From the IMG/VR virus record IMGVR_UViG_3300032323_004296: DNA of 64,000 nt. One strand, given 5' to 3'. Shown in pieces: positions 8,573-17,412 of the stretch (position 1 is its first letter; every line of letters starts with the position of its first letter). Source of the DNA: a virus (lineage: Duplodnaviria > Heunggongvirae > Uroviricota > Caudoviricetes). The notes under the pieces are model-generated. The model did no database searches. It saw nothing but the letters and a program-made list of their open reading frames with translations, and was not told the origin of the DNA. The translations under genes were made by a program, and so were the position numbers.

Positions 8573-9475
8573 AGTATCTGGTTCGTCATTTGCACTAATT
8601 CCCTCTACTGCAACACCTTTTCTTTTGTAGAATAGTCTTGTTGAATTGAATGGGGAGATGTTGAAACAATATTTTTCATATTCTTTAACTGATGGGTCGA
8701 ATTGACCATATTCCCATCTACTGTTGATTAAGAGAACTGTTGGTCTTTCCTTGAACTCGAGGGTATGACCTAAAGGTGTGTTATTTTGCCAATCCCTGTA
8801 CAGACCATCTATAAGGTCATCGTCAAATATTAGATATTCATTTATCATATAATCGAAATCTAAAGTATCTATTTGGCCATCACTATCGCAGTAATCACAA
8901 TTTATTGAACCGTTACCATTACATTCATCACAACTTTCATACCCATCACCACCACAATTACCACAAGTCTTTCTACCACTGGCCCCACAACTATCACACT
9001 CAACTTCACCTTTTCCACTACAATTATCACATGTTTCCCCTTCAATATCACCCTCTCCATCGCATTCACTACATTCTGTTTTACCATCTCCATCGCACAT
9101 ATTACAATCTACTTCACCCTCGCCCTCACAACTGTCACAACTTATCTGTCCATTTCCATCACAATATTGACATGTCTCATTTCCATCACCATCACAATTA
9201 TCGCACTCTTCCTGATGCACGCTCACTTTATTATAATCAAAAAATTGTGCAAGCTGTAACTCAGGGATAATTTTTTCAGCAAAATCGAAACCATCAGTTT
9301 TTTTGAGAGAATAGATATAATATACCAATTTAATTGTATCATTAGCAGTAAAGGTTGGCACAAAATAATCAGGATTTTCTGACTGAAAAGTCAAAACTGA
9401 ACCGTAGATTTTTCTTAAATTATCACTGAATTCATCACTAATAATACTTGCAAGTTTCTTTAACCTATTACTCAT
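8561..9475 (-). CDS. Cys-rich zinc-ribbon repeat protein (about 13 CxxCxGxG repeats), paralog of 7040..7885
   Basis: Repeat run CDNCDGDG..CQYCDGNG..CDSCEGEG..CNMCDGDG..CSECDGEG..CDNCSGKG..CDSCGASG..CGNCGGDG..CDECNGNG..CDYCDSDG. Shares an N-terminal domain with 7040..7885. The antisense His-rich ORF 8905..9270 is a codon-complement artefact. Confidence 0.7.
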   Translation of the reverse strand: MSNRLKKLASIISDEFSDNLRKIYGSVLTFQSENPDYFVPTFTANDTIKLVYYIYSLKKTDGFDFAEKIIPELQLAQFFDYNKVSVHQEECDNCDGDGNETCQYCDGNGQISCDSCEGEGEVDCNMCDGDGKTECSECDGEGDIEGETCDNCSGKGEVECDSCGASGRKTCGNCGGDGYESCDECNGNGSINCDYCDSDGQIDTLDFDYMINEYLIFDDDLIDGLYRDWQNNTPLGHTLEFKERPTVLLINSRWEYGQFDPSVKEYEKYCFNISPFNSTRLFYKRKGVAVEGISANDEPDTLLI

Positions 9476-9586
9476 ACCAATAAATACAACAATTGATTAA
9501 AAATCTACTATTTCCCCCTTAGTGGGAAACATAACTCATTGAAAATCAATACAAAAAAAAGTTTTGGCTGATAATATGGAAAGTCG

Positions 9587-9594
9587 TATCTTTG
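9587..9594 (+). promoter_or_regulatory. -7 promoter element TATCTTTG (within repeat CGTATCTTTGTATTCACAAA)
   Basis: An identical 20-mer also occurs at 10144-10163. It lies 20 nt upstream of the ATG at 9614. Confidence 0.55.
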
Positions 9595-9613
9595 TATTCA
9601 CAAAAAACAACAT

Positions 9614-10087
9614 ATGAACACAATCACTACCACCCCCGCAGTTAAAGTTAGTACAGACCCAGTAATGGCAGGAGACGTTTTCTACGGTTCTTTTGATACC
9701 ACAATCAAGGGCAAGAGAACTTCTATCATGGTTTCTAATCATATTAAAGATGAGAATGGACAATATGAGTTCCGTATCGCCAATAAATGTAAGGCAGGTT
9801 TTGTTAACATTCATGAAATCAAAGGTAACCCTTTGGATGCAATTGGTGGATGGGCTAAAAATGCTCTTGTTACTGTTCAAGTTAAACATACTTACGATAA
9901 CGGTAAGACTCTTTGGTTCAATGTATTTACAACCAAAGGTGGTAAGTGGTATAGTATTGATTTGGGTTTCTTGAAAGTATTGACTGTAGGAAACATGAGA
10001 ACTTCTTTTCCTGATATGTGTGACATGAATCTTTGGGAATTGGTTGGAGCTAAAACTTGGGCAGACAAAGCCTTCACTCAAAACTAA
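9614..10087 (+). CDS. hypothetical protein
   Basis: 157-aa ORF bracketed by a promoter motif and a strong terminator. The antisense ORF 9536..10216 was discarded. Confidence 0.65.
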   Translation: MNTITTTPAVKVSTDPVMAGDVFYGSFDTTIKGKRTSIMVSNHIKDENGQYEFRIANKCKAGFVNIHEIKGNPLDAIGGWAKNALVTVQVKHTYDNGKTLWFNVFTTKGGKWYSIDLGFLKVLTVGNMRTSFPDMCDMNLWELVGAKTWADKAFTQN

Positions 10088-10090
10088 AAT

Positions 10091-10126
10091 AACCCCCCCC
10101 CCAAAATAGGGGGGATTTTTTATTTG
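10091..10126 (+). terminator. rho-independent terminator
   Basis: C10 stem, AAAATA loop, G7 stem, then ATTTTTT. Confidence 0.7.
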
Positions 10127-10146
10127 GCGGAATGAGAAAAAGGGCG

Positions 10147-10154
10147 TATCTTTG
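10147..10154 (+). promoter_or_regulatory. -7 promoter element TATCTTTG (second copy of the 20-mer)
   Basis: Same 20-mer as at 9587, upstream of the ATG at 10175. Confidence 0.55.
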
Positions 10155-10174
10155 TATTCACAAATCACCACTAT

Positions 10175-10915
10175 ATGACAACAATTAACACCGTTAGCAA
10201 AGTAAGAAATTATCAAGGTTCAAACAGTTTTGTTATGAAAATGAAAGAAACAATTTCACGTTACGGAGGTTTGACTCCCGCACAAGAAGCCGCGGTTGAG
10301 AAGTGTTTGAATTCAGAAGTTAAAGTGAACGTTCAGGAGTTACCTGAAGAACTCAAAATTATTGCTGATTACAATGGTCCAAGTGCGTTTGTAGCTGATA
10401 TCAAGAAAAAGTTGATTACTTACGGGACACTCACTAACAAGCAGGTTGAAGCAGCAACCAAAACAATTCAGAAAGAAAAAGACAAGAACGAAACCATCCA
10501 TGTTAAGTGGCCGACACCAGGTGAAACCATTAAAGTGGGAAGAACTGTGGGTCAGGGGTTGAAAGAGAAGTATGGTTTGAAGTTCAATCCAATCCTCCTC
10601 GATATCACAAAGATTTTGGCAATTTCTCCGAAGGCGGTTAAGTTCTCAGGAAAGATGACAGTTAAAAGAGGTGATGTTTGTATGTGTTGTGCTAAAACTT
10701 TGACTGATGAGTTTTCAATGTTGACTCGTATGGGTAAGATTTGTGCTGGTCACATGGGAGTCGAGTATATCACAGACAAGTCCCAAGCGGACAGATTCAG
10801 AGAGGAATACTTGAAAAGAGTTGAAGAGATTGGGGTGATGGAATTTTGGGTCCCAAAGTCCAAAATCATCAAGTGGGATGGTGATATGTCAATGGCGTTA
10901 GATGCGGTAAGTTAA
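10175..10915 (+). CDS. hypothetical protein (Cys cluster VCMCCAKT...CAGH)
   Basis: 246-aa ORF flanked by a promoter and a terminator. Confidence 0.65.
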   Translation: MTTINTVSKVRNYQGSNSFVMKMKETISRYGGLTPAQEAAVEKCLNSEVKVNVQELPEELKIIADYNGPSAFVADIKKKLITYGTLTNKQVEAATKTIQKEKDKNETIHVKWPTPGETIKVGRTVGQGLKEKYGLKFNPILLDITKILAISPKAVKFSGKMTVKRGDVCMCCAKTLTDEFSMLTRMGKICAGHMGVEYITDKSQADRFREEYLKRVEEIGVMEFWVPKSKIIKWDGDMSMALDAVS

Positions 10916-10920
10916 TTAGA

Positions 10921-10939
10921 ACTCCCTTCGGGGAGTTTT
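10921..10939 (+). terminator. rho-independent terminator
   Basis: Hairpin ACTCCCttcgGGGAGT followed by TTTT. Confidence 0.65.
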
Positions 10940-10955
10940 CCTTTAAACCAAAAAT

Positions 10956-11288
10956 ATGAAACGAAAGAAACTCGAGGACATGATTGAAACAGTCATGGAG
11001 CATTTCAATTGGGAAAAAACAGAAAAAACTATGAGATTTTTGAATTGGACATGGGCTGGTGTTCCTGGTCGGGGAGTTCCAAATGTTGACGATTTGAAAA
11101 GTAATGCGAGATATTTGATTGATAATGCGATTAAAGGGGCACTCGAAAGTAAAACTCTGAGACCTTGGGAGTCATTCTTTACCGCAACAGGAGGAATGAA
11201 GGCATCCGTAACAAAAAACAAGTATAATCAAATCAATTACATAAATTTAGAATTCATATTAACATCTTGGAATGATGATGGTGATTAG
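10956..11288 (+). CDS. hypothetical protein
   Basis: 110-aa ORF. Confidence 0.5.
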   Translation: MKRKKLEDMIETVMEHFNWEKTEKTMRFLNWTWAGVPGRGVPNVDDLKSNARYLIDNAIKGALESKTLRPWESFFTATGGMKASVTKNKYNQINYINLEFILTSWNDDGD

Positions 11289-11325
11289 ACTTTACAGGTA
11301 TCTTTTTTTTCTTTAAATTTAATCC

Positions 11326-12573
11326 ATGAAAACAAAAAAACCTACAGCTATTGTTTATGGTTGGGACCGAACAGGTCACCACACATTGACTTCTGATGTA
11401 TATTGGGAGGAAGGGTTACATGAAAGTGTTGAAATCTATTCACTTACCTATGATGGTAATATGGAACTTGATTTCACAAAGTATAAACCTGACTTAATCA
11501 TTTCGTTCGGACTGGATATTCCAATAAACAATTATAGACTACTTAGGATTTTTAGATACTATCAACAACAACTACCTGATAGTGTTTTGGCTAACGATAT
11601 TGTTTGTCAAACAGTGTTTAAATCCTGTGAGGTTATAAGACCAAGGTTCTCGATTTTTACACCTACCTATAATACGGGTGAAAAGATTTATAGAACCTAT
11701 GAAAGTTTAAAAAATCAAATACATAAGAACTGGCAATGGGTGGTTGTGGACGACTCACCCAACGAAGAAACCTTTAAGATTCTTAAGGACATAGAGGCGT
11801 TGGATTACCGTGTCAAGGTGTATAAACTAAACCCAATTACAGGTGGTAATGTTGGATTGGCAAAACACCAAGCGGCTATGTTGTGTGACGGTGATTGGTT
11901 AATTGAACTTGACCACGATGACTGTCTCACTACTAATTGTTTAGTGGTTGCTGATGCTGCAATTTTACAATTTCCTGATGCAGGATTCCTATATTCAGAT
12001 TGTTGTGAGTTATACGATACAGGTGAGTTTAAATATTATGACCACGATTGGACTGGTAATTGGTACGGAAGACATGATAACTTTTTTGATTTTGGTTATG
12101 CCGGACATGAGTGGGAAACTGTTGATGGAAATGAGATATTAGCACACAGATATCCTGATGTTAATCCTCTTTCTATAAGGTTCAACATCAGTATGCCAAA
12201 CCATGTTAGAATGTGGGAAAGAAACCTGTATCATAAAATCGGAGGACACAATAAAAATACACCTGTAGCAGATGATTTGGAAATACTCATCAGAACTTTT
12301 TTGAATACAAGAATGATACATGTGAAAAAGGTTTTATATCTCCAATATAGCAGTAGAAATACCACAACGGATAATAATGCACAGGATATTAACCGAAGGG
12401 CAAGATTGATAAGAGATTACTATGACTTAGCAATTCACGAAAGAATCAGTGAGTTAGGATTCTTCGATTGGAATTGGATTGAGGAACAAGGACACTCTCA
12501 AAAATTTCAGAATAGTATTGCCATAAGAAAGTTTTATGATGAAGAACAAAAAATGAATTATGTATATGAATAA
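11326..12573 (+). CDS. glycosyltransferase family 2
   Basis: FSIFTPTYNTGEKIYRTYESLKNQ...WQWVVVDDSP and a second acidic motif ELDHDD, typical GT2 signatures. Confidence 0.75.
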   Translation: MKTKKPTAIVYGWDRTGHHTLTSDVYWEEGLHESVEIYSLTYDGNMELDFTKYKPDLIISFGLDIPINNYRLLRIFRYYQQQLPDSVLANDIVCQTVFKSCEVIRPRFSIFTPTYNTGEKIYRTYESLKNQIHKNWQWVVVDDSPNEETFKILKDIEALDYRVKVYKLNPITGGNVGLAKHQAAMLCDGDWLIELDHDDCLTTNCLVVADAAILQFPDAGFLYSDCCELYDTGEFKYYDHDWTGNWYGRHDNFFDFGYAGHEWETVDGNEILAHRYPDVNPLSIRFNISMPNHVRMWERNLYHKIGGHNKNTPVADDLEILIRTFLNTRMIHVKKVLYLQYSSRNTTTDNNAQDINRRARLIRDYYDLAIHERISELGFFDWNWIEEQGHSQKFQNSIAIRKFYDEEQKMNYVYE

Positions 12574-13726
12574 AAAAACTAAGATTTGTTTGAATGCGAT
12601 GGTGGGAGATGAGGCTCCAACAATTACAAGAATGTTAGAGTCAGTAGCACCGTATATTGATTATTATGTAATACAATGTAATGGTAAGGGAGATAACACT
12701 AGAGAAATAATAGATACCTTTTTCAAACAGAAAAAGATTCCTGGTCTCACTTATTTTATTGAATGGAACTTTCCTGGTTGGAATAGAAATCATACTTTAC
12801 AAGTTGCATTACAAACTGACCATGGTTGTAATTGGATTTTGAGAATGGATGCAGATGAAACTTTAGAGATTGATAATGATTTTGATTGGAGCATATTAGA
12901 TGATACCAAAGTAGAGAGTTGGAATGTTAATGCGGTCAATGGTGCAACCAGATACATGAGAACATGGATGTGGAATGCTAAATTACCTTGGTTTTTCCAA
13001 TTAGATAAAAGACATGAAACTATTCACTTACCTAATGTAGGAGAAAGTTTCCAAAGGATTACGTTACCACAATCATTCAGACACAGAGTTGCTCAAGATG
13101 GACAAACTTGGCATGTTCCAAGAAAGTTTTTAAGGGATGCCTTAGAATTAGAAATAGATAATATTGTTGGTGATAAAGTTAAAAATGATTTATACCATTT
13201 ATGGTACATTGCTAAAAGTTACATAGATTGTTATGGAAGACCTGATGAGCTTGCTTTCGGTAAACAACACTCGGACGAGTATGCAAGGAGAGGTATATGG
13301 TATTTCGAAAGGTACTTAGAGTTAGTTCACGGATGGACACCTGAAAACCCAATTGCAACATCAAACAATGAAATGGCTTATTTTGCATTAATCTTGATGG
13401 CTCAAGCATACGAGTTCATGGGTGAAAATGATAAAACATTTAAATATTTTGATTTTGCTGAAGATTTTTGTCCTAATAGAAACGAACATTTGTTCCACAA
13501 AGTTGAAATATTGGAAGCTCAAGGTAGATATCAAGAAGCGTTGAACTTAGTAGAATTTATGGCTTCATTCGATAGACCAAATCCATACCCAAACCTTTGT
13601 TTTTTGATTGACGATAGAATTTATCACAACACCGGAACCTTGTTAAATACCTTAAAAGAAACATATACAAATAAATTGTTAAGACCGACTATAAATTTAA
13701 ACAGTTTTTCTTTTAGTTTCTCATGA
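12560..13726 (+). CDS. putative glycosyltransferase (GT2-like N-terminal domain) with C-terminal TPR-like region
   Basis: ICLNAMVGDEAPTITRMLESV...LRMDADETL resembles the GT2 N-terminal domain. The C-terminus (GRYQEALNLVEF) is TPR-like. It overlaps the upstream GT2 gene by 14 nt, which suggests an operon. Confidence 0.55.
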   Translation: MYMNKKTKICLNAMVGDEAPTITRMLESVAPYIDYYVIQCNGKGDNTREIIDTFFKQKKIPGLTYFIEWNFPGWNRNHTLQVALQTDHGCNWILRMDADETLEIDNDFDWSILDDTKVESWNVNAVNGATRYMRTWMWNAKLPWFFQLDKRHETIHLPNVGESFQRITLPQSFRHRVAQDGQTWHVPRKFLRDALELEIDNIVGDKVKNDLYHLWYIAKSYIDCYGRPDELAFGKQHSDEYARRGIWYFERYLELVHGWTPENPIATSNNEMAYFALILMAQAYEFMGENDKTFKYFDFAEDFCPNRNEHLFHKVEILEAQGRYQEALNLVEFMASFDRPNPYPNLCFLIDDRIYHNTGTLLNTLKETYTNKLLRPTINLNSFSFSFS

Positions 13727-14811
13727 TGTATGATTTCCTTGTTGTGGGTTCGGGAATCTTCGGGACTACCTGTGCACATGAATTGACTAAATTGGGATAT
13801 AAATGTTTAGTAATTGACAAAAGAAATGTAATTGGTGGGAACTGTTATACTGAAAACATTAATGATATCCACGTACATAAGCACGGTGCACATATCTTTC
13901 ACACTAATGAAAAATACTTATGGGACTATGTAAATCAATTTGCGGAGTTCAAACAATATACACACAATGTTTTAGCTAACTACAAGGACAAAATATATTC
14001 CTTACCATTTAATTTGTGGACCTTCAATCAAATATGGGGTGTCAACAATGAAAGTGAGGCGAGAAATATTATTGAAAATCAGAAGTATAAAGGTGATATT
14101 GTTAATTTAGAACAACAAGCAAAATCATTAGTTGGTGAAGACATATATAAAATATTAATTAAGGGATATACGGAAAAACAGTGGAATAAGTCCTGTGATG
14201 AGTTGCCCCCATATATTATAAAAAGATTACCAGTAAGATTTACATGGAATAGTAGTTATTTCGATGACAAATACGTTGGAATGCCGATTGGTGGTTATAC
14301 CCAAATATTCGAAAAAATGTTAAATGGGATTGATGTTCAGTTAGGGGTAGACTACTTCGAAAGTAAGGAGAAATATAATTCATTATGTAGTAAAGTGATA
14401 TTCACAGGAGAGATTGACAGATTTTATGACTACAGATTCGGAAAGTTAGAATACAGAAGTTTGAGATGGGAAGAAAAACATATGGAAGATGATAACTTTC
14501 AAGGAGTGCCTGTTATGAACTATACCGACAAAGACATTCCTTACACTAGGATAGTGGAACATAAATGGTTCGATTTCCAACAACAAAAGGGTACGATTGT
14601 TAGTTATGAATATCCGGAAAACTACACAGGATATAACGAACCATACTATCCAGTCAGAGACTCATTGAACAGCTCACTTTTTGAGAAATATTCTGAATTA
14701 TCAAAAAAAGAAAAAAACATTTTCTTTGGAGGTAGATTGGCGAATTATATTTATTACGACATGCACCAAATTATTGCTTCCGCACTAAAATTAGTGGATA
14801 AGATAAAATAG
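13723..14811 (+). CDS. glf: UDP-galactopyranose mutase
   Basis: MMYDFLVVGSGIFGTTCAHEL...VIDKRNVIGGNCYTE...HKHGAHIFHTNEKYLWDYVNQFAEF is a very close match to the canonical Glf/UGM N-terminal FAD-binding and substrate motifs. Length of 362 aa is typical. Confidence 0.9.
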   Translation: MMYDFLVVGSGIFGTTCAHELTKLGYKCLVIDKRNVIGGNCYTENINDIHVHKHGAHIFHTNEKYLWDYVNQFAEFKQYTHNVLANYKDKIYSLPFNLWTFNQIWGVNNESEARNIIENQKYKGDIVNLEQQAKSLVGEDIYKILIKGYTEKQWNKSCDELPPYIIKRLPVRFTWNSSYFDDKYVGMPIGGYTQIFEKMLNGIDVQLGVDYFESKEKYNSLCSKVIFTGEIDRFYDYRFGKLEYRSLRWEEKHMEDDNFQGVPVMNYTDKDIPYTRIVEHKWFDFQQQKGTIVSYEYPENYTGYNEPYYPVRDSLNSSLFEKYSELSKKEKNIFFGGRLANYIYYDMHQIIASALKLVDKIK

Positions 14812-14851
14812 TGTTTTTGAAATTAAACCACAAATATTTGTATTTATATTT

Positions 14852-15256
14852 GTGAAATTACCACTCAAAAACATAAGAAACTTTTTCGACTCGCAAGAAA
14901 CGGAAGTGATAAAAGAGTTTATAGTTTTTCTTCAAAAACAATTACCATTATCACAAGCTGTGAATATACAATTTACGGACAACAGACAATTCAATATGAC
15001 TACAGGTCTGAGAATGAAACCTATGGGGATTGTTGTTTTAGCTAAAGACAGACTTTTAGTAGATATACTTAGAACAATTACTCATGAGTGGGTTCACGAA
15101 TACCAACACCAAAAATTAGGTCTAACTGAGAAGGAAAAAAAACAAAACATTGGTGGTCCTGATGAAAATTTGGCAAACATCTTGAGTGGTATAATGTTCA
15201 AAAAGTTCGAGAAAGAAAATGAAAAATACAAAAAAACTATCTACGGGGAAGATTAA
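14852..15256 (+). CDS. small HExxH metallopeptidase-like protein (HEWVH)
   Basis: Motif ITHEWVHEYQH. GTG start immediately after a TATATTTG element. Member of a dispersed HExxH family in this window. Confidence 0.5.
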   Translation: MKLPLKNIRNFFDSQETEVIKEFIVFLQKQLPLSQAVNIQFTDNRQFNMTTGLRMKPMGIVVLAKDRLLVDILRTITHEWVHEYQHQKLGLTEKEKKQNIGGPDENLANILSGIMFKKFEKENEKYKKTIYGED

Positions 15257-15506
15257 AGGATATTTGGTTCAAGAGGGTTCCTATATCTTCTTCAAACCTA
15301 ACAAAGGGGAAAACTTACCTAACCAAGTTGGATATGTTAAGTATACAAATAAAGTTGATATCAACGTAGATGTTGGATTTATAGATTACTACCCAATTAC
15401 TGAATTTTTACTTTCGAAACTTTTAGAAGAGAATACAATTTGTGAATTAGAAACTAAAGATGGTCAAATAGTTTTACACGATGACAAATTGATTATTATC
15501 ATTTAA
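15219..15506 (+). CDS. hypothetical protein
   Basis: 95-aa ORF that overlaps the previous gene end. Confidence 0.4.
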   Translation: MKNTKKLSTGKIKGYLVQEGSYIFFKPNKGENLPNQVGYVKYTNKVDINVDVGFIDYYPITEFLLSKLLEENTICELETKDGQIVLHDDKLIIII

Positions 15507-15543
15507 ATTTTTATCTTTATATTCATAACAAAACTAAACTCCA

Positions 15544-15735
15544 ATGTTACATCATATAGGAAGACTTATCGTCGGGGTATTGATAATCGTCGGAGCATAT
15601 TTTTTAGTTGGTTGGATTAAAATGGATTGGAGAGACAAAATATTTTGGTGTTTTGCTTTGGTCGTTTCTTATTTCATAGGGTATACTATAGAATTAATGG
15701 TCAACAGGAAGAAAAAGAAAAAAACTTTCTATTGA
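15544..15735 (+). CDS. small membrane protein (2 TM, basic C-terminus)
   Basis: Two hydrophobic helices followed by a KKKKKK tail. Confidence 0.45.
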   Translation: MLHHIGRLIVGVLIIVGAYFLVGWIKMDWRDKIFWCFALVVSYFIGYTIELMVNRKKKKKTFY

Positions 15736-15753
15736 TAAAAGGTATTTATAATC

Positions 15754-16359
15754 ATGTCCAGTCAAAGTTTCAATAATTTAAACGAAGAACCTTTTGGTCT
15801 TTTTTCACCCAACAAAAATTTAGCATCATCCAAAACATGGGTCTCACCTCAGGGTTCTAAAATTGACACCTATTTCGAGACATCACAAGGTTCAAAATAT
15901 CTGAGAACTGAAAAGGGAGAAACAAAAAGATGGAAAAAAGAACACTCCAATGATTGGGATTTCGGACTCAAGGATTGGTTCTCAAACTCTCTATTCGTTC
16001 CAGAATCTGAAGAAAAGTTTGCAAATGCTGGACAGTTTCTTTTTTCGAGAGGATATAAGGTAGCTTTAGCAAATGCAGGTAACAAAAAGGTTTTCGTAAT
16101 ATTTGATGGTGGATGGAGACCTGCAAAATGGAAAGATTCATATCCAACACATGCTCAAAAATTTCCTGAAATGGCGGAAAAAATACTGGGATTTAGTTTT
16201 ATTGAACAACCAAGAAAAGGATACAATGTTGTGGAATATAATTTTAAACCGAACGGCTCACTGCAGAGTTATCATTTCGGAAGTCCTGTAAGTAAGGTTA
16301 TGAAATTTTCCGATTTAGATGACGAAAACTTCAAACTGTTCTTCAAAAAGTTCGATTAA
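15754..16359 (+). CDS. hypothetical protein
   Basis: 201-aa ORF. Confidence 0.55.
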   Translation: MSSQSFNNLNEEPFGLFSPNKNLASSKTWVSPQGSKIDTYFETSQGSKYLRTEKGETKRWKKEHSNDWDFGLKDWFSNSLFVPESEEKFANAGQFLFSRGYKVALANAGNKKVFVIFDGGWRPAKWKDSYPTHAQKFPEMAEKILGFSFIEQPRKGYNVVEYNFKPNGSLQSYHFGSPVSKVMKFSDLDDENFKLFFKKFD

Positions 16360-16578
16360 TGTTTTCTCATTTCCTTTATTGGGTATGGAAACATATTACA
16401 AGAACTTTTACCCTTAGTTAGATTTCTACCATTCTTTTTGTAATTAGTATAATAATCCTTTTTCTTCATTATGAAACATGAAGAAAACAAAGATGTTATT
16501 AACAGGAAAAACAATATTTTCTTTATCATATATCAATATTAAAATTTTAATCAAGCTAGTAAATAAGAATCTTAAATT

Positions 16579-16770
16579 ATGAAGGAAGAAAATAAAAATA
16601 GAGTATCAGGGATATTTGTACCTTTGAATGTTGGAGACATAATTTATACTGGAAAATTTAAAAACAAAAAAACGACAGTAAAAACTATCGGAGTCGATGA
16701 ACATGGGATGCCAACTATCAACGGTAAACGTGCGTGTACATTTAGGTTGGTTCCTAAAGAAAAAAGTTAG
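16579..16770 (+). CDS. hypothetical protein
   Basis: 63-aa ORF. Confidence 0.35.
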   Translation: MKEENKNRVSGIFVPLNVGDIIYTGKFKNKKTTVKTIGVDEHGMPTINGKRACTFRLVPKEKS

Positions 16771-17036
16771 ATTTTATTTATCAGATTGGCTAAGTTATGA
16801 CATTTATCTGAAACTTTATTGGCTTCGTGGTCAAATAATAAAATCTTTACAGAATTGTATTTTACTAACATATCAGGATGATGATTTTCTTTTTCTGCAA
16901 TCGAACCAACTTTATTAACAAATTTTAGAACGTCTTTGTAAGTCTCGAAATTAAATGTTTTTTCCAATTGTCCGTTATTAATTTTCCACCCTTTAACTAA
17001 TCTTTTTTCCTGTTCCTCTGTTATAATGTAATACAT
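16767..17036 (-). CDS. phhB: pterin-4-alpha-carbinolamine dehydratase (PCD/DCoH)
   Basis: Motif KENHHPD plus the W...LEKTF..F....FVNKV pattern and a length of 89 aa are characteristic of PCD. Confidence 0.8.
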   Translation of the reverse strand: MYYIITEEQEKRLVKGWKINNGQLEKTFNFETYKDVLKFVNKVGSIAEKENHHPDMLVKYNSVKILLFDHEANKVSDKCHNLANLINKI

Positions 17037-17056
17037 ACTATTAAATATTTATCAAT

Positions 17057-17410
17057 ATGGATATTGAAATTATTAGAGATGATTTTGGTTTGAATATTTC
17101 TTTGGTCTACGATGGTCAAGAAGTCGGACATATGACGTTAGAAAAAGATGTGAGAGCAAATGAATACACTATAATCGATGCCAACATCATACCGAAATTC
17201 AGGGGAAAAGGTTTATATCAAAAGTTACTTTTGAAACTTTTGGAGGAAATGCCATCAATTAAAATTAACTCGGTCTTCAGAAGTCCTGAGGCTGAGAGAG
17301 CTTGGGTGGCTCTTTTGAAAAAAATGCCCATCGAAGTTGCTGTTGAAACAATTCCACTGAAACGTGAAAAAACAACATTGTATCAACTTTATCTGAGAAG
17401 TTCAAAATAG
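17057..17410 (+). CDS. putative GNAT-family acetyltransferase (small)
   Basis: FRGKGLYQKLL resembles GNAT motif A (R/Q-x-x-G-x-G/A). 117 aa. Confidence 0.4.
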   Translation: MDIEIIRDDFGLNISLVYDGQEVGHMTLEKDVRANEYTIIDANIIPKFRGKGLYQKLLLKLLEEMPSIKINSVFRSPEAERAWVALLKKMPIEVAVETIPLKREKTTLYQLYLRSSK

Positions 17411-17412
17411 TT

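Noticed and set aside
8905-9270. 121-aa His-rich ORF (HHNFHTHHHHNYH...) on the plus strand
   Set aside because: It lies entirely antisense to the CxxCxGxG repeat gene 8561..9475. Codons for Cys, Asp and Gly read as His and Asn on the complement, a classic antisense artefact. The short ORF 8902..9093(-) is likewise a frame artefact.
9536-10216. 226-aa minus-strand ORF
   Set aside because: It spans the promoter, the gene and the terminator of 9614..10087 on the other strand plus the next promoter. The plus-strand gene has clear regulatory signals.
16767-17036. N-terminus MYYIITEEQEKRL as a family-B leader
   Set aside because: The whole 89-aa protein aligns as a pterin-4a-carbinolamine dehydratase, including this N-terminal helix. 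The resemblance to MKYIITEEQY is probably coincidental.
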